36,784 nt of DNA from the NCBI GenBank assembly GCA_043827405.1, contig JBDRPD010000040.1, forward strand, positions 1 through 36,784, written 5' to 3'. The position numbers and the translations under genes are program-made. This DNA is from Elusimicrobiota bacterium (lineage in GTDB: Bacteria; Elusimicrobiota; Elusimicrobia; UBA1565). The notes beneath the pieces are model-generated. The model saw only the letters and a program-made list of their open reading frames with translations. It made no database searches and had not been told where the DNA came from. Of the stretch, positions 1 to 8,510 are shown piece by piece. Each line of letters starts with the position of its first letter. Within the stretch, counting starts at the first letter, position 1.

Positions 1-1
1 C

Positions 2-265
2 AAGCAGCGCTTCTTCTTCCCGCTGCGGCTCATCCCCGTCTCGCCGGGCTGGTCCGGGCTCTTCAGCTGGGGCTTCCCGTCCGTCATGTGGGAAGCCGGG
101 CTCCTTCTGCCGCCGGCGCTCGCCGGCTTTGTGCTGGGGACCCGCTGGCCCGGCAAGATTCGCTGGCCGGTCATCGGCGCGCTCCTCGTCCTGACGGTCG
201 TCGTCTGGCTGATGCGCGTGCGGTTTCTCTTGGGCAACGACATGGGCTTCCTCCTCGGCCGCTAG
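2..265 (+). CDS. C-terminal fragment of a membrane-bound metal-dependent hydrolase (YbcI/YdjM-like), 5'-truncated by the window edge
   Basis: Manual translation of frame 2 gives KQRFFFPLRLIPVSPGWSGLFSWGFPSVMWEAGLLLP...GR*, with TAG at 263-265. The RFFxPxxxIxVxP motif followed by hydrophobic helices resembles YbcI-family C-termini. Confidence 0.55.
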   Translation, partial: KQRFFFPLRLIPVSPGWSGLFSWGFPSVMWEAGLLLPPALAGFVLGTRWPGKIRWPVIGALLVLTVVVWLMRVRFLLGNDMGFLLGR

Positions 266-497
266 GCCGTGGGTGCCGCGCTCCGCCAAGATATTATGAT
301 AACTACTGATTTCCGTCGGAAACCTACAATCGAAACTCATGAAATAGACCTTTTTATACCCTCCACAACTCACGGAGGATGGTCCACTGCCGGCGGGCGG
401 GGGCGGCGGTTTCGCTCATAATTTCTCGCGGGCTGCGGCGCCGACATTCCAACTAATTTGTCCCCGCGCCCACGCCGTTCCGCCGTTCCGGCTTTAT

Positions 498-506
498 TGC
501 TAAAAT
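498..506 (+). promoter_or_regulatory. Extended -10 promoter (TGcTAAAAT), 6 nt upstream of the ettA ATG; probable leaderless transcript
   Basis: Sequence reads ttgc TAAAAT ccaact ATG, with no Shine-Dalgarno before the ATG at 513. Confidence 0.6.
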
Positions 507-512
507 CCAACT

Positions 513-2201
513 ATGGCAAGCACAGTCGACACTAAAAAAATAATTTTCTCCCTAATCGAAGTGGGCAAGCTCTATCCGCCCAAGCGCGAAGTCCTTAAGG
601 AAATCTACCTGTCGTTCTACTACGGCGCCAAGATCGGGCTGATCGGCGACAACGGCAGCGGCAAGAGTACCTTGCTGAAGATCATCGCGGGGCTCGACGA
701 GGACTATTCGGGCGAGATCACGCGCTCCAAGGGTTACGACGTGGGCATCCTGGAGCAGGAGCCCCAGCTCGATCCGACGAAGACCGTCAAGGAAATCGTC
801 GAAGAAGGCGTCGCCGAGACCAAAAAGCTGCTCGACGACTTCAACGACATCAGCGAGAAGCTCGGCGAGGAGATGTCGCCCGAGGAGATGGATAAGGCGC
901 TGGAGAAGCAGGGCAAGCTCCAGGACCGGATCGACGCGCTCAATGCCTGGGAGCTCGAGAATACCCTCGAGGTCGCCATGGACGCCCTGCGCTGCCCTCC
1001 GCCCGACCAGAAGATCGAGTCGCTGTCCGGCGGCGAGAAGCGCCGGGTCGCCCTGTGCCGGCTGCTGCTGATGAAGCCGAAGATCCTGCTGCTTGACGAG
1101 CCGACCAACCATCTGGACGCCGAGTCGGTGGCCTGGATCGAGCATCACCTGCGCGAGTACGAGGGCACCGTGATCGTGGCCACCCACGACCGCTACTTCC
1201 TCGATAAGGTGACCCAATGGATCCTGGAGCTGCGCCGGGGCGTGGGCGTGCCCTTCGAGGGGAACTACGCCTCCTGGCTGGAGCAGCGCCAGACGCAGCT
1301 GGCCCAGCAGGAAAAAGAGGAATCCAAGTACCAGAAGGCGCTGGCGCGCGAGCTCGACTGGGTGCGCGCCGGTACCAAGGGACGGCAAGCCAAGGGCAAG
1401 GCGCGCCTGAAGTCCTATGAAGAAATGCTCGATGAGGCTCCGGAGAAGAAGGCGCGCGAGCTCGAAATTTATATTCCGCCGGGACCGCGGCTCGGGGACT
1501 CGGTCATCGAGGCGCAGAAGGTCACCAAGTCCTACGACGACAAGCTGCTCTTCGAGGATCTGAGCTTCAGCCTGCCCAAGGGCGGCATCGTCGGGGTCGT
1601 CGGCCCCAACGGCGCCGGCAAGACGACCTTGTTCCGGCTCATTACCGGCGCCGAGAAGCCCGACAGCGGATCGTTTAAGATCGGCGACACGGTCAAGCTC
1701 TCCTACGTCGATCAGGACCGTTCGGCTCTGGCGCCGGGCAAGACCGTTTGGGAGGCGATTACCGATGAGCTCGACGTGATCGCGCTGGGCAAGTTCGAGA
1801 TCAACTCGCGCGCCTATGTCGGCAACTTCAACTTCTCGGGACCGGACCAGCAGAAGAAAGTCGAAGACCTCTCCGGCGGCGAGCGCAACCGCGCCCACCT
1901 GGCGCGGATGCTGCGCGATCCGGGCAACGTTCTGCTATTGGACGAGCCGACCAATGACCTCGACGTCCATACCCTGCGCGCGCTCGAGCAGGGCTTGGCG
2001 CACTTCGCCGGCTGCTGCGTGATCATCAGCCATGACCGGTGGTTTCTCGACCGTCTGGCCACCCACATCCTCGCCTTCGAGGGCGAGAGCAGCGCCCGCT
2101 GGTTCGAGGGGAACTACAGCGAGTACGAAGAGGATATGAAGAAGCGCCTGGGCGAGGACGTGCATCCGCGGCGCATCCACTACAAGAAGCTGACGCGCTG
2201 A
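513..2201 (+). CDS. ettA: Energy-dependent translational throttle protein EttA (ABC-F family)
   Basis: 562 aa with two ABC cassettes (GDNGSGKS, LSGGEKRR, LLLDEPTNHLD; GPNGAGKT, LSGGERNR, LLLDEPTNDLD). Has the PtIM linker ELDWVR..KGRQAKGKARL and the C-terminal RIHYKKL typical of EttA. No TM segments. Confidence 0.95.
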   Translation: MASTVDTKKIIFSLIEVGKLYPPKREVLKEIYLSFYYGAKIGLIGDNGSGKSTLLKIIAGLDEDYSGEITRSKGYDVGILEQEPQLDPTKTVKEIVEEGVAETKKLLDDFNDISEKLGEEMSPEEMDKALEKQGKLQDRIDALNAWELENTLEVAMDALRCPPPDQKIESLSGGEKRRVALCRLLLMKPKILLLDEPTNHLDAESVAWIEHHLREYEGTVIVATHDRYFLDKVTQWILELRRGVGVPFEGNYASWLEQRQTQLAQQEKEESKYQKALARELDWVRAGTKGRQAKGKARLKSYEEMLDEAPEKKARELEIYIPPGPRLGDSVIEAQKVTKSYDDKLLFEDLSFSLPKGGIVGVVGPNGAGKTTLFRLITGAEKPDSGSFKIGDTVKLSYVDQDRSALAPGKTVWEAITDELDVIALGKFEINSRAYVGNFNFSGPDQQKKVEDLSGGERNRAHLARMLRDPGNVLLLDEPTNDLDVHTLRALEQGLAHFAGCCVIISHDRWFLDRLATHILAFEGESSARWFEGNYSEYEEDMKKRLGEDVHPRRIHYKKLTR

Positions 2202-3497
2202 TTACTCGTAGCGCAGGGCTTCGACGGGATCCAGCTTCGAGGCCTGGTAGGCCGGGTAGATGGAAAACAGCAGGCCCGCGCCCGTGGCGATCGCGAGCGT
2301 GGCCGCGAAGTGCCAGCCCTTCAGCGCGATGATGATCTCGAGGCCGTCGCGCGGGTCGAGGTAGTAAATTCCGGCGAGCCCCAGGGCGATTCCCGCGAAG
2401 CCGCCGAGGGTGCCGAGGATCATCGCCTCGACGACGAACTGCAGCAGGATGTCCGACTTGGTCGCGCCGACCGCGCGGCGCACGCCGATCTCGCGGATGC
2501 GCGAGTAGATGGTGGCCAAGGTCACGTTCATGATGCCGATGCCGCCGGCGAGAATGGCGATGATCCCGACCGCGAGCACGGCGACCGCGTACTCGCGCGT
2601 GCGCTTGAGAATCCCCTGGATGGTCTCGCGGAAGTCGGTGATCTTGTAATCTTTCTCGCCCCGGTGCAGGTCCTCGAGCAGAATTTCGAGCATGCGCTTG
2701 ACCGCGGGGACCGTCTTCTCATCTCCGGTGTCCACCTGGATTTCATCCACCGCGTCCCAGGCGGCGCCGTTCTGGCGCTGCTGGCTTGACGCGATAAAAC
2801 GCTGGTAGGTCGTGAGGGGGACGTAGATCGAGCCGCCGCCGCCGAAGCCCATTCTAAACCAGCGCGGGTCTTTATCCCGCGGCGGGTTGTGCACCATGCC
2901 GATGACCTCGTAAAGGTGGTCGCCGAGACGCACGGTTTTGCCGACGAGGTCGCGGTGCTTGATGAAGGTCTCGAACGGCCCTACCGGAAAGTGATGCGCC
3001 CAGAACGGCTTCTTGTCCCAGCCGCCGGGGACGTCGATAACGCAGACGCGGGCGAAGCTGCGCATGTCGTCGTCGTCGATGAACCGGCCCTGCAGCCGGT
3101 ATACCCAGTCGCGGCGGCGCCATTCCGGAGTGACGCCCCAGGCGAGCAGGCCCTTTTCCACGAAGTCGCCGGAAATGAAGCGCACCCCCCATTGCCGGGA
3201 GACCGGCGAGACCATGTACAGGTTCGGCAGGCCCGCGCGGATGACGTCCGCATCGGACGCGGTCAAGCCGCGGGAGAGCCCCTGCGATTTATAGCCGCGC
3301 TCCTTTTGTATTTCCATGCGTCCCGGCCCGACCAGGTCGAAGGCCTTGGTGCGCTGTTCGTACATGCGGTTGACTTGGGCGAAGGTGTAGAGGATCGCGG
3401 CCACACCGAAGGCGACGGCGATGAAGCTGAGAAAAGAGCGCATTTTGTGCGAGTAGATCTCGACCGAGCCGGTGCGCGCCGCCTCGAGGATGTTCAC
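2202..3497 (-). CDS. MacB/FtsX-family ABC transporter permease (no fused ATPase)
   Basis: N-terminal HKMRSFLS + TM helix, a large periplasmic domain, the motif GGIGIMNVTLATIYSRIREIGVRRAVGA, and the C-terminal PAYQASKLDPVEALRYE. The GTG start overlaps the upstream TGA. Confidence 0.9.
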   Translation of the reverse strand: MNILEAARTGSVEIYSHKMRSFLSFIAVAFGVAAILYTFAQVNRMYEQRTKAFDLVGPGRMEIQKERGYKSQGLSRGLTASDADVIRAGLPNLYMVSPVSRQWGVRFISGDFVEKGLLAWGVTPEWRRRDWVYRLQGRFIDDDDMRSFARVCVIDVPGGWDKKPFWAHHFPVGPFETFIKHRDLVGKTVRLGDHLYEVIGMVHNPPRDKDPRWFRMGFGGGGSIYVPLTTYQRFIASSQQRQNGAAWDAVDEIQVDTGDEKTVPAVKRMLEILLEDLHRGEKDYKITDFRETIQGILKRTREYAVAVLAVGIIAILAGGIGIMNVTLATIYSRIREIGVRRAVGATKSDILLQFVVEAMILGTLGGFAGIALGLAGIYYLDPRDGLEIIIALKGWHFAATLAIATGAGLLFSIYPAYQASKLDPVEALRYE

Positions 3498-4453
3498 TTG
3501 CCGAGGGCGATGAAGTCCTTGGGCTTCTCGGTGTGGACCTTGTCGCCTTCCTTGAGCCCCTCGAGGATTTCGGCGTCGAGCGCGGTCTTGAGGCCGGTCT
3601 TGACTTCGACCTGCTTGGCTTGGCCCTCGGGGTTGTGGAGATAGACGAAGAACTTCCCCGCTTCCTCGAAGAGCCCCGAGCGCTTGAGCTTGAGGACTCC
3701 GGACTTCTTCTCGAGCAGGGCGTCGATTCTGGCCGTGATGCCGGGCATGAGCTGCTTATCCTTGTGCTTGAGCTCGACCTCGACGCGGAATACCTTCAGG
3801 CCCGAGCCGTCGAGCTCGGCTTTGGGCGAGATCATGCTGATGACGGCGGGGAACTTCTTGCCCGGAATGGCGTCCACGCTGACCTCAACAAGCATGTCTT
3901 CCCGCAGCTTGAAGACGTCCATCTCGCTGATCTTGAGCCGAACGACGAGGGCCTTCAGGTCGGCGATGGTCATGAGATAGGTGGGGGTGCCCGATTCGAA
4001 GAGCCCGGTGACGTAGTCGCCTACCTTGGTGAAGTGGGAGACATCGCTGCGGTTGTTCGATTCGCGGGTGAAGCGGGTCAGTATGCCCGACAGGGGGGCG
4101 ATGACCGTCGAAGGGAGATACTTCTCGGCGCCGGTTTTTCCCGGCTGGACCACGCAGATCGGCTGGCCCTTCTGGATGCGGTCGCCTTCCTCGACATGGA
4201 GCTTGATGATGCGGCCGGACACCTTGGAGGCGACATCCACGAAATCTTTGGCGTCGATCTCGCCGATCTCCTTGAAGCGGACCTCAAGGTCGCCGCGCGT
4301 GACGGCGGTCAGCTCGGCTTCTGATTTCTCCGCCGCTTCCTTTTTTTTCTTCTGCCGGCGCTGGTATCCGTACCAGCCGCCGGCGCCGACAGCGACGGCG
4401 ATGCCGGCCGTGAGCCAAAATCTTTTTTTCTTAAAGAAACGCTTCTCGACCAT
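3494..4453 (-). CDS. Periplasmic adaptor / membrane fusion protein (MacA/HlyD-like), hairpin-less
   Basis: Basic N-terminus and TM anchor, lipoyl halves (VASKVSGRIIKLHVEEGDRIQKGQ / TVIAPLSG), beta-barrel, and membrane-proximal EILEGLKEGDKV. Start is ATG 4453, or ATG 4465 as in the ORF track. Confidence 0.85.
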   Translation of the reverse strand: MVEKRFFKKKRFWLTAGIAVAVGAGGWYGYQRRQKKKKEAAEKSEAELTAVTRGDLEVRFKEIGEIDAKDFVDVASKVSGRIIKLHVEEGDRIQKGQPICVVQPGKTGAEKYLPSTVIAPLSGILTRFTRESNNRSDVSHFTKVGDYVTGLFESGTPTYLMTIADLKALVVRLKISEMDVFKLREDMLVEVSVDAIPGKKFPAVISMISPKAELDGSGLKVFRVEVELKHKDKQLMPGITARIDALLEKKSGVLKLKRSGLFEEAGKFFVYLHNPEGQAKQVEVKTGLKTALDAEILEGLKEGDKVHTEKPKDFIALGK

Positions 4454-4521
4454 AGTGTCAATCATAGTAAAACCGGGGCTTGCGGGGGGGCGGGGGGGTG
4501 GGACCAGCCGTCTCGATTTGA

Positions 4522-5025
4522 CTAGTCGGCGTAGGCGGCGCCGACGCTGCCGACGATCATGCCGATCCCAATGAGGGGATTGACCAGATAGGCGAGAAGG
4601 CCGAAGAAGCCGCCCGAGAGGGCGGCGCTCAGCGCGCCGTCTTTCGCCGCGGTTTTGTCCGCGGTTCGCGGCGCATGCTCGACGAAGACCGGTTCGGGCA
4701 AGGTGCGCCGATAGGCGCGGCCGGGCGCGGCCGGCGACAGCGCGGCGAACGAACGGCGGGCGCCGGTTTCCGGGACGGCAAGGGCTCCCGGCTCCAGGAC
4801 GAAGCCCTTAACCGCGAAGGTTTTCTCCGCGCGCTCCGGCGTCCCGTCGAAGTAGTCCGCGGCTTCTGCCGATGACGCCCGGCGCGCCCATGCCGGCACA
4901 TAGGGTCCGGAGGAGCCGTAGGTCCCGTGCGGGGCGAGGTCCTGAGCATAGGCGGGAACGCGTACGCTCGCCGCGGCGGGAGCGGCGGCCAATAGGGCGC
5001 CGAGAAGGAGCGGGATCGCTTTCAT
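4522..5025 (-). CDS. Hypothetical exported protein with C-terminal hydrophobic anchor
   Basis: Signal-peptide-like MKAIPLLLGALLAAAPAAA and C-terminal Gly-rich hydrophobic segments (GGFFGLLAYLVNPLIGIGMIVGSVGAA). Alternative start at 5031. Confidence 0.65.
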   Translation of the reverse strand: MKAIPLLLGALLAAAPAAASVRVPAYAQDLAPHGTYGSSGPYVPAWARRASSAEAADYFDGTPERAEKTFAVKGFVLEPGALAVPETGARRSFAALSPAAPGRAYRRTLPEPVFVEHAPRTADKTAAKDGALSAALSGGFFGLLAYLVNPLIGIGMIVGSVGAAYAD

Positions 5026-5148
5026 GCCCATTTAGGTTAGCGTACGTCGAGAGCATGATATAGAGGCCTTGGGTAACAACCCCCTGCCCCAAGGTCCGTG
5101 GCGCGCGACGATAGCGCCCGGGCGTCGGGTTATCGTGCCACGATAATA

Positions 5149-5157
5149 TGCTACTTT
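5149..5157 (+). promoter_or_regulatory. Extended -10 promoter (TGcTACTTT), 6 nt upstream of ATG 5164; probable leaderless transcript
   Basis: Sequence reads atgc TACTTT agcttt ATG, with no SD. Confidence 0.5.
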
Positions 5158-5163
5158 AGCTTT

Positions 5164-7602
5164 ATGCCGAAAAAGCGCGCGCGTGCGGGAGCGAGCGGCG
5201 TTCGGGGGAAGGCCGCCGCGGTATTGGCCGGCACCATCGCCGGACTCGTGCTTCTGGAGTCGGGGCTGCGGCTGGCGGGTTTCCTGTCCGGCCTGCCGCA
5301 GGCGTTGAGCAATCGCCCGGCGGACGCGGACGCGGCGGCCTACCGTATCGTAACGCTGGGGGAGTCCACGACGGCCGGCGGCGATAACTGGCCGCATCTT
5401 CTCGAACGCATTCTCAACGCCCAAACCAAGTCCCGCCGCTATAAGGTTTACAATGCCGCGGTCCCCGGCACCTCCACTCCGTTTATCGTCGCCGAGCTGG
5501 AGGGCAGCCTCGAGCGCTACGACCCGCACCTCGTCATCACCATGATGGGGATCAATGACGACTACGACAACCTCTATTGGACCGCGGCGCCGCAAGGCTC
5601 GCTGGGCGCGGCGCTGCGGCGGCTGCGCTTGTTTAAGGTCGGCCGGCGGGCGCTGCTCGCGCTTCGTTCCCGCGGCGCAGGCCCGGCGGCGGTCATGATG
5701 GACGAACAGGGGCGCAGCGCTCTGCGCCGGGCGGATGCGGCCTGCCGGGGCGCCGATGCGGACCGGGCGGATGCGCTGTATCGACGGCTGCTGGAAACGA
5801 CGCGGCATGCCGATGTCGTGCGGGCCTGGAGCGAATGCCGGACGCGCCGCGCGGCGGACGGCGGCGATCTGGTGGCGCGGTCGGTGCGCGATATCGCGCC
5901 GCGGGACCATGCCCTATGGCTGGCCCTGGGGGAAACCCATCTGCAGGCGGGCAAGCTCGACCTCGCCGAGCGATGCCTCGCGCGCGCGGCGGAGCTCGCT
6001 CCGGGAACTCCCCGGGCGTACCAGCGTCTGGCCGAAGTCTACCGGCTCAAGGGGGCCTCGAAGCGGTTTATTGAGAAGTTTCTGAGCCGCAACCTCCGCT
6101 ACCTGCGCGTCGGCGAGACGCGGCGGGCGAGCGAGGTCACGCGCTACCACTACCGGAAGCTGCACGAAATCCTGCGCGCTGGAAAAGTGGGCTACATCGC
6201 CATGCAGTATCCGAACAAGCCCGTGCGCGAGCTTAAGGAATTTCTCGGCGACGCCGAAGATGTCGTCTTTCTCGGCAACGAGAGCAACTTCGCCCGTGCT
6301 CTCCGCCAGGGGCGCTACGAGGATTACTTTACCGACCGCTTCGCCGTCGTGTTCGGGCATGCGACGCCAGCCGGCCGCCGCCTGATCGCGGAGAACGCGG
6401 CGGCCGCGGTGCTCAGGCTCGTCGAGGGCTGGTCGCCCGCCGCGGCGCCGGGGGCGGAGCCGGGCGGCTTCAATGTCCTTGATGCGCTCATTTTGCGCCA
6501 TCCCGGCAAAGCGGACCTGCATGTGGATCGCGCCCGGGAGGCGCTGCGCGGCGGCGACCGCGCAGCCGCGGGCGCCGCGCTGGCCCGGGCCGAAAAGCTG
6601 GGGCTTTCCGGCGCGCTCGCCGTTCGCGCCGCCCGGCTCTATGGTGAATTAGGCGATGAGCGCCGCGCCTTCGCGGCCTGGAACAAGGCCGTGCCCTCGG
6701 GCCTGCTGGGCGCCGACGAGTGGATGGAGCGGGCGCGCGCCGCGGAGAGCGTCAAGGACGCAAAGGCGGCGGCGGAGTCCCTGCGGCGGGCGCGCGCGCT
6801 TCAGACCTTGCCGCAGCAGGAGCGGCAGATCGAGCGGCTGGCGGCGAAGATCCCGCGTCTGGGGGAGCGGCCCAGCGCGACGTCCGATCCCAAGCAGCCG
6901 GCGAAGCTCAAGCCGCGGCCGGCCTCCGATGTGTCGCTGTGGATCGAGCGGGCGGTGGCGGCGCAGCGGGCCGGCGAGCGGGATAAGGCTCTCGCTCAGC
7001 TGGCGCAGGCGGAAAAGCTGACCACCGACGCGCGCTGGCGCGGGGAGATCGCGACGCTTTACGGCGCCTTGGGCGAGAACCGCCGGGCGCTCGCCGTTCT
7101 CGAGCGCATGGTCGCGGCGGCGCCGCAGGACGGCGGGCTGCGCCTGCGGCATGCCGGGCTTGCGTTGGGCGCGGGGAATCTCGAAGCGGCCGCTGCGTCC
7201 CGCGCCCAGGCGGCGGCGCTGTCTCTGACCTTTGCGCAGCGGCGGCGTTTGGCCCTGCTCTATCAGGAAGCGAAAGAGTTCGGCCGCGCGGCGGAGATCC
7301 TGCGGCGGCTGGCGGCCGAGCGGCCGGAAGACGCCGAGTTCTACCGCGAGAAAGGCGTCTGCGAGTTTCTCGACGGTTCGGCCGAGCGGGCGATCGTGGA
7401 TTTTCAGGAGGCGATACGGCGCGCGCCGAAGCGCCTGGCGGCGTACCGCGATCTGGGCAGCGTCTACGAGGGCCTGGGGCGCCGGGCCGAAGCGCTCGCG
7501 ACCTATGGCCGCGCGCTGGCGGTCGCCGCGCCGGCGGAGGACGCGGCGGTCGGTGAAATGATCCGCCGCAGCCGGGACCGGCTGACCAAGAATCCGCAAT
7601 GA
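5164..7602 (+). CDS. Membrane-anchored SGNH/GDSL-like hydrolase with tetratricopeptide repeats
   Basis: N-terminal TM (LAGTIAGLVLLESGLRLAG), SGNH blocks LGESTT / NAAVPG / MGIND / FGHAT, and many Ala-rich TPR-like repeats (e.g. AYRDLGSVYEGLGRRAEALATYGRAL). ATG 5164 is preferred over GTG 5098. Confidence 0.8.
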   Translation: MPKKRARAGASGVRGKAAAVLAGTIAGLVLLESGLRLAGFLSGLPQALSNRPADADAAAYRIVTLGESTTAGGDNWPHLLERILNAQTKSRRYKVYNAAVPGTSTPFIVAELEGSLERYDPHLVITMMGINDDYDNLYWTAAPQGSLGAALRRLRLFKVGRRALLALRSRGAGPAAVMMDEQGRSALRRADAACRGADADRADALYRRLLETTRHADVVRAWSECRTRRAADGGDLVARSVRDIAPRDHALWLALGETHLQAGKLDLAERCLARAAELAPGTPRAYQRLAEVYRLKGASKRFIEKFLSRNLRYLRVGETRRASEVTRYHYRKLHEILRAGKVGYIAMQYPNKPVRELKEFLGDAEDVVFLGNESNFARALRQGRYEDYFTDRFAVVFGHATPAGRRLIAENAAAAVLRLVEGWSPAAAPGAEPGGFNVLDALILRHPGKADLHVDRAREALRGGDRAAAGAALARAEKLGLSGALAVRAARLYGELGDERRAFAAWNKAVPSGLLGADEWMERARAAESVKDAKAAAESLRRARALQTLPQQERQIERLAAKIPRLGERPSATSDPKQPAKLKPRPASDVSLWIERAVAAQRAGERDKALAQLAQAEKLTTDARWRGEIATLYGALGENRRALAVLERMVAAAPQDGGLRLRHAGLALGAGNLEAAAASRAQAAALSLTFAQRRRLALLYQEAKEFGRAAEILRRLAAERPEDAEFYREKGVCEFLDGSAERAIVDFQEAIRRAPKRLAAYRDLGSVYEGLGRRAEALATYGRALAVAAPAEDAAVGEMIRRSRDRLTKNPQ

Positions 7603-7635
7603 AGAGGTCGAGTGAAAATATGAATTTGCTTGCAT

Positions 7636-8496
7636 ATGGCTATGGCCGGTAAGTACCCGTTCGGCACGGTATTAACGCGCTTGCGCCGCGAGCACGGCTA
7701 TCCGACGGCGCATGCCTTCTACCAAAGCCGGGGCGGCAAGCGCGGGCTCGGGCTCTCGTTTGCCAACTATCTCGCTCTTGAGCGGGGACGGAGCCTGCCG
7801 AAAGGCTCGCGCCTGCCGAAGCTTATGTCGGCGCTCGGCCTGGTTTCGAACTCAAAGGGAGGTAAAGAGCTCGTCTATGCCTATCTCAAGGATGTGCTGG
7901 GTTCGGACAAGCTCCTGCGGCCGCTGCTGGCCGCGGCGGCGCCCAATCCCCTGCCGCCCAGCCTCGCGCTCGCCGAAGCGGCTTCGCGCCAAGGAACCCG
8001 TCAGCGTTCCATTCAGCTGACGCTGGAGCAGTACCGGGTTGTGGCCAAAAGCGCCGCCGCCTATGCCTGCCATATCGTGCTGGCCAATAGCTGGGGGTGG
8101 ATGGATCGTCCGGAGCTCGCGAAGATCACCGGTCTTACCAAGGCCGAACTCGACCAGGCCATTAAGGAGCTGGGCAAGGCGGGGCTGGCGCGCTTCCAGG
8201 GCAAACGCGTGCGCAGCCCGCTCGCCGGCCGCTTCATCATCCCGCCCAATATCACGCCGCATACGGCGTCCATTTACAGCGCCATGCTGGGGCACCGGAC
8301 CAAGTGGGTCAAGGAGCGCGGGCGGCTGGCCTTCAACCGCTACCTCCTGCTGCGGATGAGCAATGATAAGCTGGCGGCGTTCCTGCCGCACTTCAACGAG
8401 ATGATCCGGATGTCGGCTCTGTTCGGGGACGTCGCCCGCTCGCCCGACTCGTCGGTGTACCTGGTCGAGAGCCGGGCGGTCCGCTTATTTAAGTAG
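7636..8496 (+). CDS. Putative transcriptional regulator: N-terminal XRE-like HTH plus central winged helix
   Basis: FGTVLTRLRREHG...YLALERGRSLP looks XRE-like. ELAKITGLTKAELDQAIKELGKAGLAR looks like a wHTH. Start is ATG 7636 or 7642. Confidence 0.65.
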   Translation: MAMAGKYPFGTVLTRLRREHGYPTAHAFYQSRGGKRGLGLSFANYLALERGRSLPKGSRLPKLMSALGLVSNSKGGKELVYAYLKDVLGSDKLLRPLLAAAAPNPLPPSLALAEAASRQGTRQRSIQLTLEQYRVVAKSAAAYACHIVLANSWGWMDRPELAKITGLTKAELDQAIKELGKAGLARFQGKRVRSPLAGRFIIPPNITPHTASIYSAMLGHRTKWVKERGRLAFNRYLLLRMSNDKLAAFLPHFNEMIRMSALFGDVARSPDSSVYLVESRAVRLFK

Positions 8497-8510
8497 AGGG
8501 GGAAGAAGTA

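Noticed and set aside
88..309. 73-aa ORF from the ORF track
   Set aside because: Out-of-frame overlap with the more plausible membrane-protein frame 2-265.
473..488. Tandem cgccgttc x2 upstream of ettA
   Set aside because: Only two short copies in GC-rich DNA; could be chance.
513..2201. EttA as the missing ATPase of the adjacent permease
   Set aside because: It is an ABC-F ribosome-associated protein, convergently transcribed, and not a LolD/MacB-type ATPase.
4341..4430. T8 and T7 homopolymers in the adaptor gene as phase-variation tracts
   Set aside because: They encode poly-Lys runs flanking the TM helix, and the frame is intact.
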